A stretch of 64,000 nt of DNA from Salpingoeca rosetta (GCA_033442325.1 JAWQFM010000018.1:1077441-1141440), one strand, 5' to 3'; counted from the stretch's first letter, positions 1 through 20,102 are shown. The notes: generated from the sequence alone by a model not told the origin. Numbers and translations: made by a program.

Positions 1-41
<41 letters not shown>

Positions 42-67
42 ACACACACACCACACACACACCCACA

Positions 68-102
<35 letters not shown>

Positions 103-143
103 GCACGCACGCACAAGACACAACCGACGTGCACGAGCATCAC

Positions 144-1204
144 CTTGTGCTGTCGGACATGCTTGCAAAGTACTCCATGAGGATGTTGAGGCCGCCGCTG
201 CGCCGCGTGACCGTCTTGTCCTTCTCGTCGTAGGGCGGCTCATAGCCGATAAACTCCTTCACCCAGCTGCACCCACGTGCAGTGGCGGGAGAGTGCAAGT
301 GAATGAGTGAATGAGTGAATGAGTGAGTGAGTGAGTGAGTGAGTGAGTGAGTGAGTGCGGGTGTGAGTGAGTGTGTCAGATAAGAGTGTGTAAGCAGTGT
401 AATTCGTGAACAGAAATGCGTATGGCATATCGCATCCCACTGCAGGCAATCTCTGTCCCAGCACACCCACACACAGCACATGCATAACGATGGTGATGGC
501 GGTTACCTGAGCGGATTGGTGCGCAGGGCAATCTCGATGTTGCGCAATATCGTTGCCGGAGACTCAATCCCAGATGGCAACTTGAGCGACTTGGATTTCT
601 GGTTGAGGAACGTGTTGGTGGTGTTCATGAGCATTGAGCATGTCATTGTTTTCTATTGGCCACACAGATGAACTTAAGCAATCGAGGCACGGAGGCAACG
701 CTGGCAGCGGTCACACAGACACACGCACAGACACACGCACACACGCACAGACACACACAGGCACAGATACACAGACACACAGACACTCACACACTCACAC
801 AAACGCACAACCAGGCAGGGTTGTAGCGGAACATATGCGCGGTCTCTCGGATCACGAGCACGCATACCTTGCGGCGCTGTTTGTCACGCGCTTCAAGATG
901 CGCAACGAGGCTGTTGAGGTAGTGGCCGGGCGTGTGTCGCACCTTGTGCTTGTACTGAGAACAGAGTCGAGCAAGGCATGGTGAAGGGTGGCATGTAGGA
1001 TGGGGTGAGACATGACTGTGCAACCTGTTACTTCCATTGATAAGTCAGATTACGGGGGTGCAATAGGCTAGGCACAAATGCACGCACACGCACACGCGCG
1101 CGCGCACACCCACACACACACACACACCCGCACACACACAGACACACACGCACGCACGCACAGACACAGACACAGACACAGACACAGACACAGACACAGA
1201 CACA

Positions 1205-1261
<57 letters not shown>

Positions 1262-1843
1262 GCGCGCGCGCATTCAGTGTAAGCGGCACCTGTCCCCAGA
1301 CGAGCTGCCACTTCTTCTGGTTCGGCTGTTGCAGCATCTCCTGCACTTTGGCCTTTGGAATGTTCATGGACTCAAGCACCTGCAACAGCTGCTGGTCAAG
1401 CAGGTGCTGCTCCGGCATGGGCGGCATATCCGCATCAACCACGTTCTACAAGCACAGTCACCGCGGATGAGAGAGCGTGTGTGTGTGTGTGTGAGTGAGA
1501 TGTGGTGAAGTGTGACTGTGTTTGTGTTTGTGTAGCTGTGGCTGAGTGTTGATGTGATGCTTGTGTGACTGCAAATCACCAGTCGAACACATCAGCAATG
1601 CCACAACCAAAGCACATGGCAAAGGTGGCATCCCTCAAGGGTTCTCGCGACAGCTGGAAGAGAAACACAACACAACACTCAACGATCGCTCAAGAGCACG
1701 CGTTCATACAGCCCCAACATGAAGAGCATGCATCGTCAAGCATGAGGCTGAATTCGCATTCGCACCTGGGTCATGACTGCGCCCTCGGGCATGCTCACAT
1801 CAGAGCGCTTGAGGCGCGTCCCTCGCAGCGTTTTCTTGCTCAT
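144..1843 (-). CDS. Diaphanous-related formin, FMNL-like; N-terminal GTPase-binding (GBD/FH3) exons, gene continues off the left edge
   Basis: Spliced exons from ATG 1843 (cgccatcATG): MSKKTLRG...AVMTQ | NVVDADMPPMPEQHLLDQQLLQVLESMNIPKAKVQEMLQQPNQKKWQLVWGQ | YKHKVRHTPGHYL... | ...ILRNIEIALRTNPLS | WVKEFIGY...GGLNILMEYF. Matches the Drf_GBD pattern (MP..L..MN.P..K...KKW and L.I.LRTN..WV.EF...GL..L.EY of FMNL proteins). GT-AG junctions are in frame. Confidence 0.85.
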
Positions 1844-1983
1844 GATGGCGGACGATGTCAGCAGCTGCTACCATTCGTGAGAGGTGCGGAGCAGGCGTGG
1901 TTGTCGTTTGTATCCGACCGACCACCAGCGCCAGTTGTGAAAATGCATTTTGTGATGTTGTATATGGAAATTTGCTAGCTGTC

Positions 1984-2116
<133 letters not shown>

Positions 2117-2601
2117 AATATGCGCAGCTCCCTTCCCCCCGCTCTCTCGCTCACACACTCTCTCTTTCGCTCCCACAATTCACACGCTCCCACAATTCAC
2201 ACGCATACACACGCACGGAACTCCCCAGCATACATGACATATGAATGCCAATGTATTGTCGTAACACCTCTTCGCACGAGCCAAGCATATCAAGAAAGAG
2301 AGAACCGAGAGCGGCACACACACACACATGCACTCACGCATACACACACACACACATTTCAACGGGAGAGGGCACATAGATGAACGATTCGAACAGAGCA
2401 AGAGAGAACACTCAAACACGCACGCACAGACAGACAGACAGACAGACAGACGAAAACAAGCGTGAGTGGCAGTGAGCAGACAGGGGTTGTCATGCCACAC
2501 CACATTCTCACACTGTCACTATGGTTCCCGTTGCAAGCCATCCCCACACAGCACCAAGCGCAACATACACAGCCCACGTGCCACAAAGAGTGCCCACGTG
2601 C

Positions 2602-3199
2602 TCAGAGCTCCTGGTGCTTGGCCTTGAGCTCCTCAATGCGCTTGATGTAGTCAGTCTTCTCGAGGCAGCCCTTGCAGCTGTCGCCAAACTGCTCGTTCAG
2701 GATCTTCTTCAGCACCTTCACCCGCTGCTTCTTCAGGTCAATCTTGCTCAGGTCAATCTCCTCGTCTGCCGCGTGGTCGTGTGTGTGTGTGTGTGTGTGT
2801 GCGTGTGTACGTGCGTGTGTGCGTGTGTGTGTGCGTGTATGTGTGTGTGTGTGTGCGTGTACATGTGTATGTGTTTGTGCGTGTATGTGTGGTGATGGGC
2901 ATTAACAAGTTACGAAGGGCGAGGTGTGCGGACAAGTAAGGTGAGTGTGCATGCAGGCACAATACAGGCAATGAGGGAGGGGCAAGAAAGGGAAGCACAT
3001 CAGTGTGACAAATGTACATAGACACACACACACACACACACAAGACACGAACCGTATTGGAGGTCGCAGATCTGTTGGTCCTTCTTCTTGAGGCGGCTGC
3101 AGACGGCTGCGGGCGGCATGTAGCGGCTGATGGGGCCTGTCACCTCACGCAGCAGGCCTGTCGCAGCATCCTCAGACCCGCCAATGTAGTAGCACTGCA

Positions 3200-3249
<50 letters not shown>

Positions 3250-3731
3250 TTGTGTGAAGAGGGCAATTTGTGAGGGGAAACAAGAGGAATGCCGTGACCA
3301 CAGCCCTGACGCGAGCGAGCGTGCAGGCAGGAGATGCACGATGCGATGTTATGCTGGGCAGTTTGTACACAGCCGCAAGCAGAGCGCAGACGGATTCTTC
3401 CACGTACGAGGCGGTTCTCCTTGTTGATGCGGGTGGACTTGCAATGCTTCTTGATGAGGCTGGCAATACCATCCTGGTCAGTCACGTCAACGCCCTCTTT
3501 CTTGGCCATGTCCAGAACCTTGCCAACCACCTTCTTGCACACTGCGCAGCGGGTTGACGTTGTTGGGGCGGACGGGACAGGTGCCGCGTTGTAATGGAGG
3601 AAGCGTTAGGGACATGCAGCGTGGAGAAGAGAAACAAAGACGTGTCGGGCGTGCGGGCATAGACAGAGGGCAGATACACAGTGAGAAGACAGCAGTCGCA
3701 TACATACAGGCAGGGGGGGAGGGAGGCGGGC

Positions 3732-3766
<35 letters not shown>

Positions 3767-4112
3767 TGGAACGATTAACAGACAGACAGACAGACAGACA
3801 GACAGAACGATGGAACCATTAACGGATAGACAGATAGACAGATAGACAGATAGACAGATAGACAGATAGACAGATAGACAGATAGACAGATAGATAGATA
3901 CATACACAGATGCAGACAGACAGACAGACAGACAGACAGACACACACACGGACAGACAGACAGACAGACACAGACACCGACACACAGACACACACACCTT
4001 CGCACTCCTTTTCGTCCTTCTGCTTCTTCTTCGCCTCCACAGCCAGCGGCGAGACCAGTGCGATCGTCACCAGAGCCAGGACGGCCACACCAAGCACACT
4101 CCGCATGTTCAT
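2602..4112 (-). CDS. MANF: MANF/CDNF (ARMET) family ER-lumenal saposin-like/SAP protein, 4 exons
   Basis: Signal peptide [25 protein letters not shown], then ECEVC...KHC...[20 protein letters not shown]...[17 protein letters not shown]|[23 protein letters not shown]...[24 protein letters not shown]. Eight cysteines, a CKGC motif and a KDEL-like end. Start is 4112 or 4106. Confidence 0.93.
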
Positions 4113-4304
4113 CCTTTGTTGTTGTTGTCAGTCAGTCAGTCGTGGTGTGGTTGCTTCGTATCCGCTGCTGTGTTTGTTTGTTTGTGTGGATTTTTTGTGC
4201 ACACGTGGCAACAAAAGCACCCCTTCGGGTGAATCTTTACTGCGACATACATGCGACAGTCACGTGCGCAGGCTTGCTTGCTTCTGCAATTCTGCAACAG
4301 CCCG

Positions 4305-4384
<80 letters not shown>

Positions 4385-4648
4385 GTGCAGACATGGTCTC
4401 GACGAAAGCGTAGCACAGAGAATGAGACCAAACGCAAAGCAAGGACAAGCAAAAGGATATGACCACGAAGAAGCAACGCACACGCACACACACACACACA
4501 CACATACACACAAACACATACGGACAAACGCACATTCATGAGACAGCCGCGGTGAATAACAACAACCAAAACGGGGACTAACTGAACAGGGCAGAGGAAC
4601 GAAGAAGCACAGAAAGAGGAACATAGTTTGTTGGGGGGTGGGGTGCAG

Positions 4649-10197
<5,549 letters not shown>

Positions 10198-11586
10198 GGT
10201 GGTGGTGATTGAACTAGGGGTGCTGCAGGTGCAAGGGAAAAAGCAGGGCCAGCAATCTGTCAGGTATCGGATCGCAAAAGCTAAAAGCACACGCATATGC
10301 GCAACGTATGTGTGTGGTGGAAACAGCGTCGTTGTGTTCGCGGGCGTGGCGATGAGGTGCTGTTGTCGTTGTCAAAGGCCGGCAGTGATCAATCGAAATC
10401 TGGCGTGCCGCTGGTACGTTGGTGTCTCCCCTTGCACCGTCACTGTGCTTGTGGTCTGGGCACAGGCTGCGATGTGTGGTGGCAGGGGACCCACACCTCC
10501 CAGATCAAGCACAGCTGCTGCTGCACACAAGCCCAGCCATGCACACCATCCAGCCATCACCGCCATCACCAACCAAGTCAGCAGCAGCTCACCTTTGGAA
10601 AGGTGCAGTCCTTAATCAAGCCAGGCACTCAAACAAAAGCGGGGGGGGGGCACGGTTGACTCCTGCTATTACTGCCTCTACACTTGCACTTGCTGGTGCG
10701 TGTGCGCCTGCGTCTGCTGCTTCTTCCAAGCGAGCGAGCGAGATGATAAGCTGGCTGGGTTCGTCGGTTGATGTTGGCTGGATGCTGGATGCCTTCCTTG
10801 GTTGTTTGTTGTTGCGTCTGTGTGTGTGTGTGTGTGTGTGTGGAATCAGAAGGCGCAGCGGTTTTGTTGGGGGGCTTTGGGGTGGGTGGGAACCACACGG
10901 TTTATTTGAAGAGGCCCTAAACCCGTCTGACTCGTTTTGCTGTGTGCTGGGCGCAAGTGTTGGAAGATATGCCCAATCGTCAGCAGCTCAGCACTGCTGG
11001 ATGAATCATCGATCGATTTGTTGGAAGACCACAGCAGCACTCACGCATTGCTCTCATCCGCATTGCTTGCCTTGCCCTTCCTTTGCCCTTTGCTCTTGCT
11101 CTTGCTGTCCTCCACCACCAACCAGCAGCAGGTGCGTGTGTGTCGTGTGTTCGTGTGTGTGTCGTGTGGTTTCATGTGGGTTCGTGCACGCCTGAATGTA
11201 CGCGTATGTGTGTGCGTGCGTGTGTGTGTGTGTGTCGTGGCGTGCGTGTGAACTTGTTGGTTTGTTGTTTGGAGTGGAGGAAACTCCAACACACGTTCAA
11301 ACTGTGTGAGGCTGCATGAGTGTGTGTGTGTGTGTCTGAGTGTGAGTGTTGTGCTGCCTGGTGTGAGATGCATGCAAACAGCCGGCTCACGCAACTGGCA
11401 CAAACAAGACACGCACGCACGCTTGCAGATCGCCCTCATATCCGTACACACACACACACACAACACTCACACACATAAACATACACACACATCCACAACA
11501 CACACAACACACACACACATATCCACAACACACACAACACTCACACACACACACACGACGCAGGCACCCCTTTTGTTGAACCAATC

Positions 11587-12131
11587 ATGTCGTTGATCTA
11601 CGCGCTTGTGGCTCGGGGAAACCAGATCCTGGCCGAGTACACAGAGAGCAGCGGTAACTTCACCACCGTCACCCAGTCCATCCTGGACAAGATCCCACCG
11701 CAGGACCAAAAGTGCTCATACGTCTACGACAAGTGCGTGTGTGTGCATGTGTATGCGTGCGTGTGTATGCATGTGTGTGTATGCTTTGATACACCTGTTT
11801 GCTCTGATGCGCACCTATGTATGCGTGCTTTGTGTTGAGCGGTGCTACGGCACAATGAGCGACATCGTGTGATTTGCGTACGCTCTCATGCTCACATGCA
11901 GCCAATCGCTTTCTTGCATGCAACCCCAGATTTCTCTTCCACTATGTGAGGGACGATGGTATCGTGTACCTGTGCATGGCCGACGAGTCCTTTGGTACGC
12001 CATCACTTGCAAGTGCACGTTGCTTTGATTTGTTGTGCTTTCAATAGCAGTGCTTTGACTTTGTGTTGTTCTGCAGTGCCTCGTCCTTCGTCCTTACAGA
12101 ACACACACACCCACACACACACCCACACACA

Positions 12132-12168
<37 letters not shown>

Positions 12169-12226
12169 ACACACACACCCACACCCACACACACACACAC
12201 ACACACCCACACACACACACACACAC

Positions 12227-12274
<48 letters not shown>

Positions 12275-13658
12275 TGCAACAGGCCGCCGCATCCCGTTTG
12301 CGTTTTTGGCGCAGATCCAGCGGGACTTTCTGCCGTACAAGTCGCGCGCCCGCAGCTCCATCACCTATGGCCTCAACCGCGACTTCTCCCCCGTCCTCCA
12401 GAGACAAATGGTCCGTGTGCATGTATGCCGGTGCGTGTGTGCATGTGTGTGCATGTGTGTGCATTTGTGCGCATCCGATTGTGCGATTGTCGACTTGCAG
12501 TGTTGCTTGCTTGCGGTGTTCTGACATGCTGCGTAATGATCCCATGTCGTTCCTTCCCTGTGCCCTCCTCACACACACACACACACACACACCATACACA
12601 GGTGTCGTTCAACAACTCGTCTGAGCACGATGCGCTCTCCCGCGCCCGCCAAGAGGTCGACCAGGTCAAGGGCATCATGGTCCAGAACATCGGTCAGCCG
12701 CCACTCTCCCTGACGTGTTGTGCTGTGTGCATGTGTGCATGTGTGTGTATGTTTGTGATTCTGTTTGTGTGTGTGTCACGCTGTGCGTGTACGTGTCTGA
12801 TGATGACGCCTCACGTGCCGTCGATGCACTGTATTGATGCAAATCTTCCTCTCCCCTCACCCCCCCCCCAAACTTGCCGCCGCCCAACAGAGAAAGTGCT
12901 GCAGCGCGGTGAGCAGATTGATCTCCTCGTCGACAAGGCCGACACGCTCCACGATGAGGTGCGTGAGCGTGTGTGTGTGTGAGTGTGTGTGTGTGTGTAC
13001 GCGTTTGGGGGGGGGGGGGGGGGAGTGTGTGTTTGCCTGCCTGTGTGTGCGTGTGTGCGGCATACAAACACCCCCATGTACTTTGTGGCCTTGCTTGTGC
13101 GCATGCTGATGACCCGAGTCACCCGTGCTCACCCGTGCTCACTTTGCAATGTGGTTTTGTGTGCTTGCAGGCAAAGCGGTTCCAGCGCACGTCGCGCAAG
13201 CTGAAGAACCAGATGTGGTGGCAGAACAAGAAGATGTGCCTGCTGATCACGGGTGTTCTTCTGGCCCTGGCCCTCATCATTGGCCTCATCATCTGGTCAA
13301 AGGTGCGTCAGACCTGCGGTTGAGATGCAATGTCGTTTTCAATTTTGGGATGGCAGAGATGGTGCATGGCATGCGACTGCCACCTCTTGTTTGATTGGTG
13401 AAATGGTGCTCGTAAACGTTGAATGGTGTTGGTTGGTGTTGGTTGGTGTTGGTTGGCGTTGGTTGGTATTGGTTGGTGTTGGTTGGTATTGCCTCTTTAC
13501 ATCTCTCATGGCATGCGTACATGCACACGCGCACGCACTCGCCTGTGGCCTTGTTGGTACAGACGAAGAAGAGCGGGAGCAACAACAACAAGACAACCAC
13601 GACCGCAGCACCAACAACAGCGCCAACGCTTGCCCTGTCAACACCTCGATCCGTCTGA
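11587..13658 (+). CDS. VAMP7: Longin R-SNARE VAMP7 with a Thr-rich lumenal tail, 7 coding exons
   Basis: [25 protein letters not shown]..., [18 protein letters not shown] (longin domain); [32 protein letters not shown] (R-SNARE motif); MWWQNKK followed by a TM helix; last exon 13563-13658. Confidence 0.94.
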
Positions 13659-14134
13659 CACCTTCCTATTCGTTGTCTTGTCTGAGTGTCTCGGCGGTGT
13701 ATGTGTATGCGTGCGTGTGCGTGCGTTATGTGCGTGTGTTTCTTGTTTCGTGCACGTGTGTGAGTGTTGTTGTTCATCAACTCACGTCAACGCTCTTCCC
13801 ATCAGCTTACCACACTTGTTCTGTGTGTCGTGTCGTGTCATGTGTGACCGACAGCACGTGTTGAATTTTTGCCGAGTCAGCGTTCTTAGTTCCTTCTTTT
13901 TTTGCTTGTTCTGCTGCTGCTGTTTTCTTCGCCCACACATCATCATCCACGTGTCTTGCGAGCAAAAGGGCGAAATCCCACCACACACGAACACGAAGCA
14001 CAGGAAGCATTCAACCCACCAGCCCACACACACAGCACCACCCAGCACGACCACGAGAGTCGCGAGAGGAAGACAGTTGTGACGAGACAGACACCCCGAG
14101 AAGGCACGCTTTGTAGAGGCCATACACACCAACC

Positions 14135-14424
14135 ATGTTCTCGTGGCTGTTTGGCGGCAGCGGTGACGCCAACAACAACAACAACAACGAAAATGACAAG
14201 AACGTCACTGGCACCACGACGCCCAACGTGACGGGCAGCGATGCCGTGCGCAAGGACGATATCGCGGCAGTGGGCTCTGTCGCTGGCACAGCCGACATTG
14301 ATCTCACACAGACCGACGGTCGCCTTGATCCCAGCGTCTTTGAGCGCATCGCAAAGGCCGCAGAGGCCATCAAGTCTTCCGGTGTGTTGTGTGTTGTGTT
14401 GTGTTGTGTTGTGTCTGGTGTTGC

Positions 14425-14490
<66 letters not shown>

Positions 14491-15963
14491 TGGGCACTTG
14501 TGTGCTCGTGCCCTTGTGTGCGTGTGCCCTTGTGTGTGTGTGCCCTTGTGTGCCCTTGTGTGCGTGCTGATCTTGGCTAGCTCGGCTCTTGTGTTCCCTC
14601 ATTTCTTTTCCACGCACCCTCCTCACACTCAACTTTGCGCGCTCACGCACCAAACTCTCCAACAGAGCACGCGAGTGAGCTGCTCACGCTGGCCAAGTCC
14701 CAGGAAGAGACGTGGCAGCAGCGCTTCTCTGCCATGAAGGCGGTAAGGGCCCCCCCCCACACACAGACACACATACACACACAGACACACACATACACAT
14801 TTCAGCCCGTTGCTGTCGCGAGAGGGCTCACCTACCCACCTTGTTGTGATTGCCACAACTGCGTGGCACAATTACACGCCGCAACAGCTCACCATCGCTT
14901 TTTTGCATCACACCATCACACACACATACACACGCGCGCGCGCGCAAACAAACAAACTCCCAAATCCACGCTCACCCCGCATCTCTTTCGTGGCTTGCTG
15001 ATGATGTTGTGGTTGTTGTTGTCCTTTGCTTGCTTGCTTCTGCGTGGGAGCACAGGAGGCCGAGGCCAAGTCCTTGGAGGAGAAGACGCGCCAGGCGCAG
15101 GTGTTTGAGGAGGAGCGTCGCCGCAGCATGGCCATGGAGACGGAGCAGCAGCAGAAGGTGCCTGAATCATGTGCACATTCGTGGTGTTGTGTGTGTGTGT
15201 GCGCATGCGTGCATGTGATTGTACACACATGCATTTTGTTTGTTTGTTTGTTTGTTTGTTTGTGCGCGCGCGGTTGGTTAAGTGCAATCTGAAAGCTGTG
15301 ACCAATGATTTGTCAACCAGAAGCTCACTTCTGCCAACACCACACCATCACGACCACTCAACACCACAACAACACCCACACTCCTCTTTATCCTGTTGCC
15401 GTAGCGCGCACAATACCAAGACCAGCTGGCGCGCAAGCGCTACAACGACCAGCTGTACCAGCAGGAGCAGCTCAACGACACCGAGCGCAAGGTCAGTTTC
15501 CGTTTTCACACAAGCAACTTCACCATGTGTCCGGCCACTGCAGTGCACATCTCTTTGGTTGCTGCGTACAAGTGTCACAACTGCGACGCGCATATTCCAT
15601 GCCCACCACCTCTATGCCGCCCAGTGACCTTCAACAACGCCATCACGCACTTTCCTCCATCTGTCGCACTGTCCTTCCTTCTCACTGTCACCACCACCAC
15701 CACCACCATCGTCACCACCGTCGCCACGGCAGCGGCAAGAGGCGAGTGTTGCGCGCCAGGAGCAGGAGCGCCGCCGCACCCTCGAGTACCAGTCCCAGCT
15801 GCAGCGCGAGACAGAGCTCATGAAGGTGTACACCCCTGCACCACATCACGCACGCATGCGTGGATTCGTTTTCGTCTTCACGCGCTCTTGTCGTTCCCGA
15901 TAATTTGCCTGCTTTACTTGCGTTTCGCTCCAACTGCCATGTTTATCCTGCTCTCCATCACTG

Positions 15964-15994
<31 letters not shown>

Positions 15995-17885
15995 TCCTCT
16001 TTCCCTGTGGACAGGCAAAGGCGGACGGAGAGGCCCGCATCCGGCAGGAGCGGGAGAACCGCGACATCCGCGACGAGCAGCTCGTCCTACAGGCACAGGA
16101 GTTCCGCACAACAGGTCTTGCCTGCATGCACACGCAAGCTTGTTTTCCAGGGAGGGGGGGGGGTTGTCCGTGGTGCACGTGTGCACTAATGTGAGTGTGA
16201 GTGTGTGAGTGCGCGGGTGTGAGCGTGGGTGTGGGTGTGGGCGTGTGTTTATGTGCTTGTTTTATGTGTCGCGATGGCGATGCCATGCCCGCTTTGCATT
16301 CTCCGCTTTGCATTCTCCGTCGTTCGTCGTCCACCATCCACTCTCCACTCACAAGCGCTCCTCACCCCGTTTGTGCTCTCCAGTGCTTGAGGGCATCAAG
16401 CAGGCTGGCGAGACAATGGGCGAGGGCGTGCGCGCGTATCTGTCCGATACACCACGCATGCTGGCCACCGTTGGTGTGATTGGCGGTATTGCCCTCGGCA
16501 TCTACGCTGCAAAGTATGCCACGCCTTTTTTTTGGGGGGGGGGAGTGGTTGAAATTGGGGGCTCAAGTTTTGGCGGCGGAAGGAAGTGACGTGCACGTAT
16601 GATTTGTCTCAGTCATCCCCTCTCTTCTTGAGATGAATCCCTTCCTGTGCCATTCTTCTGTGTATTTCCGTCTCGTTCCTCCAGTCGTCCGGTTGTTGAG
16701 TGCACCATGCCTGCATGCATCGTGAGCGCCGCTCATCACGTGCCATTCTGCCGCTGCTGTCGCTGCTGTGGTGTCACCACTGCTCAGGTCCTCCACCACG
16801 ATTGCGACTCAGGCCGTCCTCCGCCGCATGGCCACGGTACCGCTCTATCGTTGTGGTGGTGGTGGTGGTGGTGGTGGTGATGGTTTGTTGATTGATTGAT
16901 TGATTGATTTGTGTGTGGGTGATTGATGGTGTGTCTTTTGTTGGCGACCGCGCTCTGTGCAAATATGTATCATTGCACGTTGCCTTTCTATTGCATACGG
17001 TGAACTCATATCTCACATCACGCATGCGTACATGTTTGCGGGTTTTCCACATCGCCAGCCGCCTCTTGTTCGCGAGACTTCCCGCTCCGTCAAATTCCTT
17101 CCCAAGCTCGTGCGTTGCTGCCCTTTGTGTTCTCTTGTTGCTTGTGCTCACATTGCATGATACGCCTGAACCCGTAGCGTGCACGTGCACAACGCGATGC
17201 ACAAATGCGCAAACATGATCGTGTGTGTGTGTGTTTTGGTTTATGTGTGCGTGTGAGGTCCTTCACGTCAAGGCCATGCGTGCGTGCTTCTCACGTGTTG
17301 TTGTGTGTTACAACACTCTTGCGCGTGCGTGCGTGTGAGCAGTTCCGCCCTGCCGCGAAGCCCGATGAGGTGATGCGCGACATCATCTTCCCCTCGCTCG
17401 TCGAGCAGCGTCTCCAGTCCATCACCATCGCCACCGCCAACACCCGCCGCAACAGGTGCGCACCCCCTCCTCTCCTCCTCTCGCGCCGCCGCCATGCTGT
17501 ATTGTGGTATTGTGAAAAGTTGGCCGCATATCACCACCCCACTTTTCCACTCGCTCTCCCCCTCGCGACAACCACCCCCTCACCCATGTTGTGCCATTCT
17601 CCCAACAACGCCCCATTTGTCTTTGCTTGTACGTGCCAGGGCCAACTACCGCAACGTGCTGCTCCACGGTCCCCCCGGCACCGGCAAGACCATGTTTGGC
17701 CGCCGCCTTGCCCAGCAGGTCCGCAGTCATGGACTGCTGTGTACTGCTGTGTATTGCTGTGTGCAGCCGTGCTGCTTTGTTGCACATGATGAAGCCGTTG
17801 CACGTACATGATGCGTTGATACGTTTTGAGGGGGTGCTCATCATGTTGTGCCACTCATTCTCCTCGCATCACCCGCTCACCTCCA

Positions 17886-17951
<66 letters not shown>

Positions 17952-18504
17952 AGACTGGCCTCGACTATGCGATTCTCGCTGGCGGCGACGTCGGCCCGCT
18001 CGGCAAGGACGCCGTCACAGAGATCCACAAGGTCTTCGACTGGGCTCAGCGCAGCAACAAGGGGTGCGTCTCTTCTGCTCGTGCATGCATATGCGCGCGC
18101 GCGTGTGTGTGTCGTGGCTGTTTGCAGTGTTTTGTTTCTGCTTATTCTTCGCCCACATGGTGCACGCGCCTGACACATCCACTCACACCTCATCCTTCCG
18201 CTCTCCAGTCTTGTTTTGTTCATTGACGAGGCTGAGGCGTTCCTGCGCCAGCGGTCGTCCGGCTCTGCGCGCATGTCCGAGGATATGCGCAACGCCCTCT
18301 CCACCTTTCTCTACCGCACCGGCGACCCCTCAAACAAGTTTATGATTGTCCTTTCCTCCAACGAGCCCCAGGTCCGTTTGTGCGTGTGTGTGTGTGTGTA
18401 TACGTGTGTGTGTGTGTGCGTGTGCGTGTGCGTGTGTGCGTGTGCGTGTGTACGTGTGTGTGTGCGTGTGTACGTGTGTGTGTGTGTGCGTGTGTACGTG
18501 TGTG

Positions 18505-18552
<48 letters not shown>

Positions 18553-19484
18553 TCTGTGGCCCTACATGGCACTCCCACTACTCTTATCTCCCTGATTGCA
18601 CTACCGCTGCAGTCCGTGTGTCTCACCCCGCTCCAACCTGTCACATGTACCCCCTTCCCCCTTCCCACTTTTAGGAGCTTGATCGTGCTGTGCTCGACCG
18701 TGTGGACGAGTCTGTGCACGTCGATCTGCCCGAGCTGCCGGAGCGCGTCCGCCTCCTCAACCTCTACTACAAGAAGCATATTGTGAGATGCAGCACACCG
18801 CTTGATGCTTGCGTCGTTCGCGCAGTGCAGTGCAGTGTTGTGCTTGAAAACGAACCGCCACGCCTCCCTGCCCTGCGTTGATTGTTGCTCCAACACACTC
18901 ACTTGCCTTTCACACATTTCACCCGTCTACACCTTCGCATCTTGAACTCCGTTCGCACCTTCCACCCATTTCACACATTCACCCCTCCACACCACCTCTT
19001 CCCCCCCCCCCCTGCACATTGCGTGCGCGCGTCAGGTTGAGCCGACGACGTCTGCACCAGTGCTGCTGAGCGACGACATGCAGGACGTGGATCTCAGCGC
19101 CGTCGCAAAGGCGCTCGAGGGATTCTCTGGCCGGCAGATTGCAAAGCTCTGCGTCGCCTGGCAGGTGCGTGCAGTGTGCTCACAGTGGTGGCATTAGGGG
19201 GCGGGGGCGGGTGGTGTTGAGTTGTGTCACGCGAAACGCGTGCTTTTGTGAATTGCTCACCCACCCTCTATTTCCTCATCTGTTGTGTGCGCACGCACAT
19301 ACTTACACACGTTTTGCATGTTCTTGATACTCAAACCTACGACCTCTTGTTTGTGCTCGCACGACAGGCGACTGCCAACGCAACGGTGAACAACATGCTG
19401 ACGAAAGAGCTGTTCAACCAGGTGCTGAACGAGCACATGACGCAGCACAAGGAAGCAACCGCGTGGATCAACAAGCAGCACTAA
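14135..19484 (+). CDS. ATAD3: Mitochondrial AAA ATPase ATAD3
   Basis: [19 protein letters not shown], coiled coil [26 protein letters not shown] segment, PPLVRETSR, Walker [25 protein letters not shown], Walker [20 protein letters not shown]. Canonical in-frame introns. Confidence 0.95.
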
Positions 19485-20037
19485 GTGCCCCCTCCCCTTT
19501 CTCCCAGCACGTGTTTCAACGTGCGCGTGGTGTTGTCTGTGTATGTGATCGGCTGGCGCGTGTTGTGTCAACGTAACGTGTACGACATGTTTGACCATGT
19601 GCACGTTGTGCAGCGTGCAATCACTCTGCCAACACTGGTTTGCTTTCGCTTGAAGATGCATAGCGCATCGTTCGTTTCGACTTGCTGTTACAGCGACGTG
19701 GCATTGTAAAGTGACTCTTGGATGTACTTGTGTCCTGTGGCGTCTGTCGTGATATTGATGGGTAGTTTCGTTGTTCTTTTTTTCTATGTGTGTGGTTGTT
19801 AGTTGTTTTGTTGCTGTTGCGTCGCGCATGTGTACAGTCTTCGTCGCTCGAGTGTTGGTGTCACGTGTGTCAACTTTGCGTGTGCACCACCCAACACCAA
19901 CAGTCCACAGCATAGCATTACATGTGACACGTTTATGAGACTACAAAATCAAGCAAGCAAGAGGATAAGGCCAAAGACAGGGGAGGGACAACGCACAAGC
20001 ACGGCGCTATGCGCCAGCAATAACGACAACCAACTCT

Positions 20038-20097
<60 letters not shown>

Positions 20098-20102
20098 GCG
20101 TG

